A program made the position numbers and the translations under genes. From Octopus sinensis (Eukaryota): a stretch of DNA of 64,000 nt. The notes beneath the pieces are model-generated. The model did not search any database. It saw only the letters and a list, made by a program, of their open reading frames with translations, and was not told the DNA's origin. This document shows positions 23,072-36,569 of the stretch, in pieces. Location of the stretch: the NCBI RefSeq assembly GCF_006345805.1, contig NC_042999.1:22568001-22632000 (forward strand), in the 5' to 3' direction. Every line of letters starts with the position of its first letter. The first letter of the stretch is position 1.

Positions 23072-24456
23072 GACGGGCTTCTTTCAGTTTCCGTCTACCA
23101 AATCCACTCACAAGGCTTTGGTCGGCCCGAGGCTATAGTAGAAAACACTTGCCTAAGGTGCCATGTAGTGGGACTGAACCCAGAACCATGTGGTTGGTAA
23201 GCAAGCTACTTACCACACAGCCACTCCTACATCACTGTATAATGTATTTGTTTAGTCAGGATTCTATGGCTGAGGAGGTGACCAGAAGAGACAGCAATAA
23301 CAGAAAGGATGGGTGGGAGAAGAGAGCAGGTGTGCGATAGTAGAAACAGAATCATTGGGATGAAGAGAATGGTAGAAAATGAGAAAGAGTGAGTGGAAGT
23401 AATAGAAGTAGATAAATGGTAAGAGAGAGTGAGGGATGTCAATACCGTGTGGAATGGTGAAGGGGTAGGAATAATGATAGACTGTATAGAGTAGATGCAA
23501 ATTTGATGTGATCCCTTATACAGTAATGCCTCAATATATAAGTTAATTCATTGCCAGAGATTGCTTGTAAAGCAAAGACTCATAAAGCAGAGCAATAATT
23601 TCCTATAATAGCAATGTTAGAAATTGTAATTCGTTCCCAGAAAAATATTCTACCTATAAAATTTATAATACTCATTAATAAATGGCAATAGAACAACAGT
23701 AGAATGTAAAAAATATTTTATGTTATACATAAAACTCTCATACATAGAACTCTCTCTTTCTCTCTTTTACTCGTTTCAGTCATTTGACTGTGGCCATGCT
23801 GGAGCGCCGCTTTTTAGTCTAGCAAATCGACCCCAGGACTTATTCTTTGTAAGCCTGGTACTTATTCTATCGGTCTCTTTTGCTGAACTGCTAAGTTACG
23901 GGGATGTAAACACACCATCATCGGTTGCCAAGTGATGTTGGGGGGACAAACACAGACACACAAACATACACACACACCACATATATATATACAACAGGCT
24001 TCTTTCAGTTTCTATCTACCAAATCCATTCACGAGGCTTTGGTCAGCCGAAGACTATAGAAGACATTAGCTCAAGGTGCCATGCAATGGGACTGAACCAG
24101 GAACCATGGGTCCTACCACACAGCCAAGCCTGCACTTAAACAAACCATCACTGCCTATGTGTGTGGCTTTGTGTCAGTCACACACACCATCTGCTTGACA
24201 ACCAGTGATGGTTTGTTTAAGTTCCATTAACTTAGCAGTTTGGCAAAAGATACTAAAAGAAATAAGTACCAGACTTTAAAAAAAAAAAAAAGAAAAAGAA
24301 AGAAAAAACATAGACCAGAGGTCATTTCGTTTGACTAAACCTTTCCAGGTGGTACCCCAGCATGGCCATAGTCCAATGACTGTAACAAGTAAAAGATAGC
24401 AGAAAGTGATAGAGAAAGACCAACGGCATTTCACACTGAAACAAGAAATCGCTTAC

Positions 24457-24506
24457 CTGCTGACGGGGGCCAAGGACTGTCTTCTGTTTGATTCTATAAA
24501 CTGGAT
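24457..24506 (-). CDS. NUP42: NUP42 exon 6 (IQFIESNRRQSLAPVS)
   Basis: CCCTTTGCAG acceptor, CAG|GTAAGC donor, 50 nt, phase 0-2. Confidence 0.85.
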
Positions 24507-24599
24507 CTGCAAAGGGAGAATAAAGGCATATAAATTTAATTAAGCTGTTATCTATATACAGGCATATTTAATAGATTCCACTTAATGTCTGTTATTATC

Positions 24600-24900
24600 T
24601 TGGTGTGTGTGTGTGTGTGTGTGTCACCGTGTGTGTGTGTGTCTTTCCATGTGTGTGTGTGTGTGTCTCCATGTTTGTGTGTGTCTCAGTGTGTGAGTGT
24701 GTCTCCGTGTGTGTGTCTCTCCATGTCTGTGTGTGTGTGTCTCCGTCTGTCGTCATGTGTATCTCCATGTGTGTGTGTGTGTCCATATCTGTGTGTGTGT
24801 GGCCATATCTGTGTGTGTGTGTGGCCATACCTGTGTGTGTATTGCAAGGATGCCTGTAAATTGAGTGTGTATGTGTGCGAGAGAGAGAGAGAGAGAGAAA
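24600..24900. repeat. Degenerate (GT)n/(GA)n microsatellite
   Basis: Directly visible. The CV-rich and HT-rich ORFs are artefacts. Confidence 0.9.
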
Positions 24901-25220
24901 AGAAGAGACACAGGTAAAGGATGGATAGACTTTACTGCACCATAACACAAAGTAGCAAATAAATTATTCATTAATCACTTATCAACCAAACAAAAATATT
25001 TCAGTGAACAACAAATAGATGTCTTCACAAAAATAATTCTGGTCATAAAATGAAATGTCACATTTCATATTTTATTTCCTTACTAATTAAATTAAGAAGA
25101 ACTCCGTTCCACTTCTGATTACCCCCCATCTGTATTCAATCAAGATGAATAATCTTATTTCTAATTCATCTTGACAAAAACTAGCTTCTTTATTTATATC
25201 ATTTATTAATTCCAATTACA

Positions 25221-25256
<36 letters not shown>

Positions 25257-25699
25257 CTTGTGCACATAAGTGAAAGCAGGATATTGTAATCACTCATCTT
25301 TGTGTCTGTGTGTTTGCAAAATTACTAGAAAACAGCAGAACGGATTTTCACCAAATTTGGCAGAAATACTCAATGGGTGAGTGGCTCAAAATGCTGAAAA
25401 TTTGGTTTGATTATCTTCAAAACTTGTGGACAGGTGAATCAAAATATTTTAACTGTGCAGATTTTTTGCAAAAGAATTTATGTACCCACAGGATACACAA
25501 CATTTTAGCATGTTCTCAGCACAAGAATATATTACTAACACATAAAAACATGTATTGTGTCTATTAAATACTATTTATCTCTCACCATATGGAGTACTTT
25601 TTTTGTTGACCTTACCATCACAGAACAGTACATATGTTTGCATGTAAGTATGTGTGTATATGTGTGTGTCTCTCTCTCACTCTTCTATTTTTTAATTAT

Positions 25700-26630
25700 T
25701 ACAAATCTTCCATTGAGGAGGGTGCCAGTTTCCAACAAAGATACAAGGCTCCATCTTTGGAACTTGAGAAAAGTCTTGCATATTTTTACTGCTCCATTCA
25801 TAGATTGCACTTGTACAAATTAGCCAGTTGATTTCTCTTTCTGAAAATCCCAGTTAATCCAGATTTTCCTTTAAGCATTTACTAACAAAACCTAGTGCTC
25901 CAATTATTATTGGAATGAATAATAAATTCATAGTCTGGATATAGAAGCTGGAGGTTTCGAAGCAGTTGTCCATAGATATCCTCTTTCTCAATTATTTTCA
26001 AAGATATATTTATATCTGCAGGGCAGCTGACCTCTATGATGGAACATACCTTTGCCCCTCTGTCTCAAACAACACTATTCGGCGTGTTACATTTACATTT
26101 GACAGAAGTTTTGATGAGAATATTCCACCAGTATTCCTTGAGTTGGTGTTTATGAATATATTCCATAACAGAGGGATTTTCTAAGTTTATTTCAAGACTG
26201 TCTTTCTTCGTGGATGGTATTGTAAATTGTTTTAGCAACATCATGCCACATAGGGAGGTAGTACCATGACAACATTTTAGGACAGATGCTAATCATGTGT
26301 GATGTCTTCCACAGAAACATGACATAGCCCACACATGCAGTTGCACCTTGGGATTAGAACATCACCATCTCCCTTGTTCACCAGGTGCTTTGTGGCAATC
26401 TCCTGTTCCTGAATTGCAAACGCAAAGCCTTCAAAGTGTGATGTGATGTAGTGGTCTTGTGTCCAAGAGAGGTTGTGCTTCATGTCAAGTCTACTGTCTT
26501 CTTCAAGCTTCCAGGCAACATACACATGCATTGTCTTTTTTTGTATGCTGAGTGCTTTCCATCCAGACTGTTTTGGGGCTGTATCAGGAAGAGAGTGCTT
26601 CTTAAGGAGCTCACTGCCAACTCGTACATG
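25700..26630 (-). pseudogene. Degenerate non-LTR retrotransposon C-terminus, R4/Dong-like (CCHC knuckle plus REL endonuclease region)
   Basis: Minus-strand translation across stops and frameshifts gives TSHFEGFAFAIQEQEIATK...MCGLCHVSVEDITH.ISICP...EYWWNI...IIEVSCPADINI, which resembles the C-terminus of REL-clade elements. Confidence 0.65.
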
Positions 26631-27179
26631 ATGATGATGATGTATGTATGTATCTATGTATGTAAAGTATACGAGGAGTTTTCATCAGGTGGCTCAAACT
26701 AATAGGTATGCACTGACTGCTCAATTTGGTATGCCACTAAAACTCTGGTTTGAATTGCAGTTAAACATGTGATGTTGAGACTGCTTTTCTGAAGTGGCTA
26801 ACAGTGGCTTCTCCTTGAGCAGGCAGGTACAGATTAAAATTACTATATATCTGAATTAAATGTCCTTGTTAAGTCTTGCCAAACAGTTTGCCTTTTCATT
26901 TGTTTTAATTTGTGTGTACAAACACACACACACACACACACAAGCTTCCTTGCAATTCCCATTCTACCAATTCCACTCACATGGCATTGGATAACCCACA
27001 GCTAGTAAAAGACTCTTACTAAAATGGTGTCATGCAGGGGAACCAAATTCAAAGCCCTGTGGTTGTGAAGCAAACTTCAATAGCACATACAGCTGTGTCT
27101 GTGCTTTATAGTTTTATGGAAAGCAAATATCATCTTTGCCTTCATTACCAACATAAAAAAATTAAAAATGGTAACTTAC

Positions 27180-27266
27180 CAATTTATCTTTGAGCTGTGC
27201 TGAAGGGTTCTTCAATTCCTGCCGTTTTGCACTATAGTCATTGTGCATCTGCTGCACTTTCAAAAC
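27180..27266 (-). CDS. NUP42: NUP42 exon 5 (VLKVQQMHNDYSAKRQELKNPSAQLKDKL)
   Basis: CTTCACTAG acceptor, TTG|GTAAGT donor, 87 nt, phase 0-0. Confidence 0.88.
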
Positions 27267-27384
27267 CTAGTGAAGAATTGAATAGTTACATATTGAAGTA
27301 TAAAAATAAGGAGATATGAAAGATATATTAATTAGTGATGGTCAGTGCAAGTTACTAAATACTTACTAAATAATAATAATAATT

Positions 27385-27830
27385 ATGAAATTATTGTATA
27401 CAGTGCTCAGGTGCACCACAACTTGTCAAAAGTGCATATAAAGCATATGCAGTAATGTACAAATGTCTGGGAAGTGAACAGTGTATGAGTCAGATACATG
27501 TTTGCGTGTGTATGGAGAGGAGAAAATCAGGTGTAGTGTTGGCGAATCTCAGGAAGCATGGAAGTTTTGAAGGATGCAGTGCTCCGGCAACTAACAACTG
27601 ATGCCAGCAGTTTGTTCCATACTTCAGCAACTCTTAGTGTGAAAAAATGTTTCCGAAAGTCATGGGAGCTGTGCTGTTTTCTGACTCGGTAAACATGTCC
27701 AAGGATGTTAGACAGATGGAGTTTGAAAAGGTGCTCAGAGTTATTATTAGTAAGATGAAGTAAACTGCATGTAATCCACCTGATGACTTTGGGAAAAGGT
27801 AAATTAAATACGAAACTGTTCAAAGTTTAC
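27385..27830 (-). mobile_element. CR1/L2-type LINE 3' fragment
   Basis: ORF 27527..27823 contains RKHFFTLRVAEVWNKL, typical of the CR1-like RT C-terminus. A short related piece lies at ~56500-56620. Confidence 0.7.
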
Positions 27831-27859
27831 AATAGCAGGATCTCTTTGATTGTGTAGCG

Positions 27860-28100
27860 AAGAGAAAATCTTTTGAAAATGGTCATAACAGGTGATGAAT
27901 CATGGGTCTATGGCTATGACCCCAAAACTAATCCTCAGTCTTGGCAGTGGAAGACCAAAACAAGATTTCAAGACCTCAAGGAAATCCGAGAGAATGCAAT
28001 GAGGCAGCTGCATGCTATATCAAAAAAGGAGTTCCAGGAATGCTTCCATCAAATGGAAATGTCTCTGGACAAAGTGTGGGGCTTCAGAAAGGGACTACTA
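27860..28100 (+). pseudogene. Internally deleted mariner transposase fragment
   Basis: VITGDESWVYGYDPKT...QWK is fused directly to the C-terminal TRFQDLKEIRENAMRQLHAISKKEFQECF. Confidence 0.8.
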
Positions 28101-28101
28101 T

Positions 28102-28520
28102 AAGGCGGCAAGCTGGCAGAAACATTAGCACGCCAGGTGAAATGCTTAGCGGTATTTTGTCTGCCGCTACATTCTGAGTTCAAATTCTGCCGAGGTCAAC
28201 TTTGCCTTTTATCCTTTTGGGGTCGATTAAATAAGTACCAGTTACGCACTGGGGTTGATGTAATTGACTTGATCCGTTTGTCTGTCCTTGTTTGTCCCCT
28301 CTGTATTTAGCCTCTTGTGGGTAGTAAAGAAGTAGGTATTTCGTCTGCTGCTACGTTCTGAGTTCAAATTCCGCCGAGGTCGACTTTGCCTTTTATCCTT
28401 TCGGGGTCGATTAAATAAGTACCAGTTACGCACTGGGGTCGATGTAATCGACTTGATCCGTTTGTCTGTCCTTGTTTGTCCCCTCTGTCTGTAGCCCCTT
28501 GAGGGCAGTAAAGAAATAAG
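28102..28520 (+). mobile_element. Family C SINE with a 184-bp internal tandem duplication
   Basis: GGTATTT at 28151 and 28335 start two body units. Confidence 0.85.
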
Positions 28521-29533
28521 AAATAAAGAAGTATGAAAAAAGAAATAAGAAAAGGACTACACTGTTGATAAGTGCTGCAGTTTTATTTTACAAAACTAGT
28601 TGGCGTTAGGAAGGGCATCCAGCTGTAGAAACACTGCCAGATCTGACTGGCCTGGTGCAGTCTTCGGGCTCCCCAGACCCCAGTTGAACCGTCCAACCCA
28701 TGCTAGCATGGAAAGCGGACGTTAAATGATGATGATGATGATGATGATATATATATATATCTCACAGTGACAATGACAAGTGACTAAGACCTTTGGCGAT
28801 ATGCTGTGCTTGAGAAGACTTGCCAAGCCAAGTGGGACAATAGTCATGGCTATTACGAGTGTCGTTAATGGCACCCATGAAATTGTAGTTGAGGCCGTTG
28901 CCGGTGTCATGCAAATGGCACTCATGCTGGTGGCATGTAAAAAGCACTCATTACACTCTTGGAGTGGTTGGCATTAGGAAGGACATCTAGCCCAAGAAAT
29001 CATGCCAAAGCAGACTGGGGCCTGGTGCAGCACTCCAGCTTACCAGTTCCAGTCAACCATCCAACCCATGCCAGCATGGAAAGCAGGCATTAAATGATGA
29101 TGAGATATATATGTATGTATATAAATTTCAGTTCCACTGCGTGGCACCTTGGGCAAGTGTCTTCTACTATAGCCTCTGACTGACCAAAGCCTTGTGAGTG
29201 GATTTGGTAGATAGAAACTGAAAGAAGCCAGTTGTGTGTTTGTGTGTGTGTGTGTATAGATATAGACACATAGATATAAATATATATATCATCATCATCG
29301 ATTAATGTCCGCTTTCCATGCCAGCATGGGTTGGACGATTTGACTGAGGTTTGGCGAACCAGGCTCCAATCTGATCTGGCAGAGTTTCTACAGCTTGATG
29401 CTCTTCCTAACGCCAACCACTCCAAGTGTGTAGTGGGTGCTTTTACATGCCACCAGCCTGAGGGCCAGTTAGGCAGTACTGGCATCGATCACACTTGAAT
29501 GGTGCTTTTACATGCCACCAGCACGAGGGCCAA

Positions 29534-29604
<71 letters not shown>

Positions 29605-30068
29605 GTGGCACGTAAAAAGCACCCACTACACTCATGGAGTGGTTGGCGTTAGGAAGGGCATCCAGCCGTAGAAACATTGCCAGACCAAACTGGGACTGGT
29701 GCAGCCTTCTGGCTTCCCAGACCCCAGTTGAACCGTCCAACCCATGCTAGCATGGAAAGCGGACGCTAAACGATGATGATGATATATATAAATATATATA
29801 TATTGTTGGTGTGTTTATGTCCCCGTAACTTAGAGATTCAGCAAAGAGGACCAATAGAACAAATACTAGGCTGACAAAGAATAAGTCCTGGAGTCGATTC
29901 ATTTGACTGCAGCATGGATGCAGTCAAATGGCTGAAACAAGTAAAAGAACCAAAGAAAATACACACACAAGAAAAAAGGCAAAACCCATACAAGCAGGTT
30001 AATACACATGATAACAACATTAAGTATGGTGGTACAGGGTCCAGCTTAAATGAAACCTTTTGACTTAC

Positions 30069-30145
30069 GTAGTTTTGAAACTGTTCATTCTTCAATGCAT
30101 TATAAGCTTCACACCGTAACTCATCGGGGGACATGTCGACCATTC
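30069..30145 (-). CDS. NUP42: NUP42 exon 4 (GMVDMSPDELRCEAYNALKNEQFQNY)
   Basis: TTTTGATTAG acceptor, TAC|GTAAGT donor, 77 nt, phase 1-0. D-x-SP-x-ELR motif of NUP42. Confidence 0.92.
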
Positions 30146-31046
30146 CTAATCAAAAGAGACAATGTAGAAATGGAAATGTATTAACATAATTACTATTGTG
30201 GTGGAGTGATTGCAAAAATTAAGGTATGCGTCATTACCAGGGATGTGCCACCTAGGTAGGCAAGGTAAGCAATGCCTACCTTGAATAAAATAGATAGCAA
30301 CATTTTCCTTTTATAACAAAATATGCACCTAACAATGTGCAGGTGGCACAAAAACAAACACCATTTGAGCATGGCCATTGCTAGTACCGCTTGACTGGCC
30401 CTTGTGCCGGTGGCACGTAAAAGCACCCACTACACTCATGGAGTGGTTGGCGTTAGGAAGGACATCCAGCTGTAGAAACTCTGCCGGATCAAGATTGGAG
30501 CCTGGTGCAGCCATCTGGTTCGCCAGTCCTCAGTCAAATCGTCCAACCCATGCTAGCATGGAAAACGGACGTTAAATGATGATGATGATGATGTTGGTTC
30601 CACGTTAGAAGCACCCAATACACTCTATAGAGTGGTTGGCATTAGGAAGGGCATCCCAGCTGTTGAAACCTGGCCTGGTGTGGGCCCTGGCCTTATCAGC
30701 TCTGGTCAAACTATCCAACCCATGCCAGCATGGAAAACACATGAAATGATGATGATGAGACACACACACAGAGGACAAGCTTCTTTAAGTTTTTGCTCTA
30801 AAAAACCCACTCACAACATTTTAGTAGGCCTGGGGATATAATAGAAGCCACTTGTCCAAGTTGTCACATGTCTTTTACTATAGTCCAGAGCTGACCAATT
30901 CCAATTGCTTCAGGACAATTGCTAATTGCATAGCAATACGGGATGCTTGCTTTGTACTTCCTTCACCACAACAACCCTAGCTAACAGAATGGCCTATACT
31001 TCAAGCAGAACAAAAAGTGTTATCTTTAACGAGTTCTTTTACTCAC

Positions 31047-31141
31047 CTGGAATGGAAGGTCCTGACTTGCCAAAACTAATACATGATAACAGCCACATTT
31101 TGCCAACTTCCCAATTTGAAATTTCTCGAGACAAAGTTGAA
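31047..31141 (-). CDS. NUP42: NUP42 exon 3 (STLSREISNWEVGKMWLLSCISFGKSGPSIP)
   Basis: TATTCCAG acceptor, CAG|GTGAGT donor, 95 nt, phase 2-1. W-E-x4-W-x2-S-C pattern of the NUP42 middle region. Confidence 0.9.
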
Positions 31142-31643
31142 CTGGAATAGAAATGAAGAGAAAGATAGCATTTGAAACATGTGATGGTTTAAACATTATC
31201 GACAAGAGACGGCCAGCTGATGATCCAATCAACGGAACAGCCTGCTCGTGAAATTAACGTGCAAGTGGCTGAGTACTCCACAGACACGTGTACCCTTAAT
31301 GTAATTCTCGGGGGGGGGATTCAGCATGACACAGAGTGTCACAAGGCTGGCCCTTTGAAATACAGGTACAAGAGAAACTGAAGAAAGAGTGAGAGAAAGA
31401 TGTGATGAAAGAGTACAGCAGTGGTCGTCACCACACCCTGCCGGAGCCTCGTGGAGCTTTAGGTGTTTTCGCTCAATAAACGCCCAGTCTGGGAATCGAA
31501 ACTGTGATCCTACGACCGCGAGTCTGCTGCCCTAACCACTCGGCCATTGCGCCTCCACATATGTCTGTATATATCTGTGTGTGCGTGTGTGTACTATCTA
31601 TGAGGAATATTTTCTGAAAATTCTTAGTGATACACATACACAC

Positions 31644-31682
<39 letters not shown>

Positions 31683-32696
31683 AAGCTGAAGTTGTCTCTG
31701 TGTGTGTGTGTGGCAGGTTTTGTAGCCTTGAACTAACACTATCTCCTCCAAAATCGAGAGTATGACAGAAGGCTTGCTCTTCATTCCGTAGAAGAAAAAA
31801 TTCAAATCGGACCATGTTAAGACAAAAAATTATTTACATCAAAAAGGTGCTTTTTTTTCTATGAAAATCCCTATTTTTTACGATTTTTTTACTGCTGTGT
31901 CGCCATTTTTCAGTGTATTTCAACCAGAAAAATGTTTACTTTAAGAGAATAACAAGCTACATAATGCAAAATTTTTACTTTTCAAAAATTCCAATTCAAA
32001 AGGGTTGAAAAGAATTTTTTGTGATGTCATTGGTTTTGAGCGAACAACGGATTTTCCTGTACTTTTTCTTAATGAATACTGTTGCAGTGTTAACTTCTTA
32101 ATAGATTTTCAGTGCAGTTCGAAACATGAGCTTCACTTTGCTTTAAATCTACGGGTAATTTTTTTCTCCGTAATGTTAATAGAAGGAATATTAACTAACA
32201 ATAACAACAATTGAAGTCGGCATTACACATTTGCAGCACATTCAGAGCAAATTCGAGCATCACCACACTATACTTTTATTCATAGATTGAAACTATGTCA
32301 AAATTTTGTTAATGCGACATCAAAGTCTGCTGTTTTAACAACAAACCCAAGCAACGCTGGGCTATACTGTTAGTGTGTGTATATATATATCATCATCGTT
32401 TAATGTCCGTTCTCCATGCTAGCATGGGTTGGATGGTTCGACCGGGGATCTGGGAAACAAGGAGGCTGCACCAGGCTCCGGTCTTATCTAGCAATGTTTC
32501 TACAGCTGGATGCCCTTCCTAACGCCAACCACTCCGTGAGTGTAGTGGGTGCTTTTTACATGCCACCTGCACTGGAGCCAGGCGAGGCTGGCATCGGCCA
32601 CGGTCGGATTGATGCATTTTACATGCCACCTGCACGGAAGCCAGTCGAGGCGGCACTGGCTTCGGCCACGATTCGGATGGTATATATATATATATA

Positions 32697-32727
<31 letters not shown>

Positions 32728-34043
32728 ACAGGCTTTCTTCAGTTTCCATTTACCAAATCCCTTCCCAAGGCTTTAGTGGGTCTAAGGTTATAGTAGAAAA
32801 CACTTGCCATGTAATGGGATTGAACCTGAAGCCATGTAGTTGGGAAGCAAACCTCTTAACCACTCAGCCAAGCCTGCACCTATTGTTACATTTCCTTATA
32901 TTCCTCAAACTTAGTAAGCTTCCTCTGTACAAGTGTGGAGCTGACCCACTTTGCACTTCAATCATATTTCTAAACATAAAAATTCAATTGTTTTACATTT
33001 CCTTTTAAAGTGTCTGGAACAACATGAAACAAAGTGTTTTGGCCCAAAAACACAATGCACACAATGCACTGACTGGCCTGGTAATTGAAACCAGTCTTAC
33101 ACTCATGAGTACAACACCCTAACCACTAGGCTAGACACCTTCACACACACACACACACAAAGGCTTCCGAAGTCTCTGTCTACTAGATTCATTCACAAGG
33201 GAACTGGACAGACTAGGGCTATTGTAGAAAGCGCTTGTTGAGTTTGCTGCATGCTGGGACTGAACTCAAAACCGCATGGTCGCAAAATGAGATTCCTAAC
33301 CACACAGCCATGCCCTGCACCTATATTGTTTTAATGACATAAAAAACACCATCTGAACGTGGTTGATGCCAGTGCCCCCTGATTGGCTCCCATGCTGGTG
33401 GCATGTAAAAAGCAATATCTGAACATGATCGATATCAGGGATCAGGGATGCCTGACTGGCTCCTGTGCTTGTGGCACGTAAAAAGCATCATCCAAACATG
33501 GTCGATGCCAATTCTCTTTGACTGGCTCCCGTGCTGGTGGCATGTAAAAAGTACTATCTAAACATGATCGATACCAAGGACAACTGACTGGCTTCCATGC
33601 CAGTGGCCCCTAAAAGGCACCCACTATATTCTCGGAGTGGTTTGTGTTAGGAAGGACATTCAGCTATAGAAACATTGCTTTCAGTTTTCGTCTACCAAAT
33701 CCACTCACAAGGCTTTAGTCGACCTGAGGCTATAGTAGAAGACACTTTCTAGAGATAAAACCACTATTAGGCAAATCAAACAGTGAAAACCATAAACCAA
33801 TACATAGAAATAAGATTAATAAAAAATATATAAAATATAAAATTCAAAATTTAAAATATTTAAATTAAAGTTAAAATTTTTTAAATTATTTAAATTAATA
33901 ATTTATACTTATAAATTTTTAAATATATATATATATATATATATTTTTTATTATTATTTAAATTTTTTTTTTAATATATATATATTATATATATATATAT
34001 ATATTTTTTATTATTATTTAAATTTTTTTTTTAATATATATAT

Positions 34044-34075
<32 letters not shown>

Positions 34076-36119
34076 GTGAAAAATTAAGGTAAGCACAAGT
34101 ATGTTTCACAATTGTAATTAATTGAAACTCAGCATTAGGTATTCCAAGTACATGTAGATACCTAACCACAACGGCTCAGCAGAGTTACACTTTACATAAA
34201 TAACATGTATATGTATTTACATGCGTGCATACATTTTCACACACATTTATAATCATATTAGCAGTATCGCCCGGTGTTGCTCGGGTTTGTTTCGATCCTT
34301 TAGAATGGGAATTTTTGAAAAGTAAAAAATTTGCATTATGTAGCTTGTTATTCTCTTTAAGTGAACATTTTTCTGGTTGAAATACACCGAAAAATGGCGA
34401 CACAGCAGTCAAAAAATCGTAAAAAATAGGGATTTTCATAGAAAAAATACATTTTTTATGTAAATAATTTTTGGTGTTAACATGGTCTGGTTTGAATTTT
34501 TTCTTCTACGGAAGGAAGAGCAAAGCCTTCTTATATCATACTCTCAATTTTGGTCAACTTACGTCGCAGGTTCTCGAAGGAGATAGTGTTAGTTGAAGGC
34601 TACCAAACCTGCCATACACAGACAACTTCAGCTTTATATAGAGAGAGATTTGCGTCGGGGTAAAACCAAAGTTATCTCCCCATACACCAACATTTACATT
34701 GTTTTCTCCATTTTATTTTTAAGTGAACGATGAAAAACACTGAAATATTTGATCGATATAAATTGATTAAAAAAAAAACACACAGAGGTAACACCTCTAA
34801 CATGGTTGCAGTCACCTGAAAGCCGTACAAGAAGAATTGAAGATATCAATGCCTGTCATTCATGTCATATACATACGTGTTATATTCCAATAAAAGGAGT
34901 TGTTTCTTAAATAAATAAAGAAAAAAATATTCTTTTCTACTCTAGACACAAGGACGGAAATTTTTGGGGGAAAGGAGGCCAGTCGATTAGATCGATCCCA
35001 GTAAGCAACTGGTACTTAATTTATCGACCCCGAGAGGATGAAACGCAAATTCGACCTTGGAATTTGAACTCAAAGCGTAAAGACATACGAAATACCTATT
35101 TCTTTACTACCCACAAGGGGCTAAACACAGAGAGGACAAACAAGGAAAAACAAACGGATTAAGTCGATTATATCGACCCCAGTGCGAAACTGGTACTTTA
35201 TTTAATCGACCCCGAAAGGATGAAAGGCAAAGTCGATCTCGGCGGAATTTGAACTCAGAACGTAACAGCAGACGAAATAGGGCTAAGCATTTCGCCCGGC
35301 ATACTAACGATTCTGCCAGCTTGCCGCCTTAAAGAAAAAAATATTATCATACATATAGCAGCAACAGTTGTGGAGGTTCAGAGTGAAGCAATGAGCTCCT
35401 GGAATACTGAACACATAAGATATTTTCAATTCTAAATTGAAATTAATTTGCCTCACTATAACCTTTTCATCATTACCTCCTCCAATGCCTCTTAAAAGTT
35501 TTTGTCTTGCAAGGTACTTGGTAACCCTGTCAGTGCAGGCGCCACTTAAAAACACTCAATCTACTCTGCTGAGTGGTTGGTATGAGGAAGGGCATCCAGC
35601 TGTAAAAACCTTCCCAAAACTGACCTCACTTATGCTTGTGCCACATAAAACGCACTAAGTCCACTGCTGAATAGTTGGCATTAGGTAGGGCATCCAGCTG
35701 TAAAAACCTGCCAAAACAGTCACAGAAGTCTGGTGCAAGCTTTGGTCTGGCCAGCTCTTGTGGTACCGTCCCACCCATGCTAGCATGGAACACAGACGTT
35801 AAATGAAGATGAGGAGGAAGGATTACAGTCACTTCTGCAATTAGGGCGCCTGTGTGTTTAGTAACCAACCCTTTTCCACTCCTCTTATTCTTGGGCTTTT
35901 TTTTATAAACCCAGGCCTTGACCAATCTGGCATAGAAATAAAATTTGACATAAATGGGCGCAGGAGTGGCTGAGAGGTAAGTAGCTTGCTTACCAACCAC
36001 ATGGTTCCGGGTTCAGTCCCACAGCATGGCACCTTCGGCAAGTGTCTTCTGCTATAGCCTCAGGCCGACCAAAGCCTTGTGAGTGGATTTGGTAAACGGA
36101 AATTGAAAGAAGTCTGTTG

Positions 36120-36167
<48 letters not shown>

Positions 36168-36303
36168 TATATACAACAGGGTTCTTTCAATTTCCATCTA
36201 CCAAATCCACTCACAAGGCTTCGGTTGGCCCTAGGCTATAGCAGAAGACACTTGCCCAAGGTGCCACGCTGTGGGACTGAACCCGGAACCATGTGGTTGG
36301 TAA

Positions 36304-36355
<52 letters not shown>

Positions 36356-36569
36356 TTATGTGTCCGTCCCCCCAACATCGCTTGACAACCAATGCTGGTG
36401 TGTTTATGTCCCTGTAACTTAGCGGTTCGGCAAAAGAGACCAACAGAATAAGTACTAGGCTTACAAAGAATAAGTCCTGGGGTCGATTTGCTCGACTAAA
36501 AGGCGGTGCTCCAGCATGGCCACAGTCAAATGACTGAAACAAGTAAAGAGTAAATCATTGCATGAGGAC

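Noticed and set aside
33840-34075. Extremely AT-rich block with duplicated lines
   Set aside because: Low-complexity (TA)n/poly-T slippage or low-quality assembly, with no interpretable structure.
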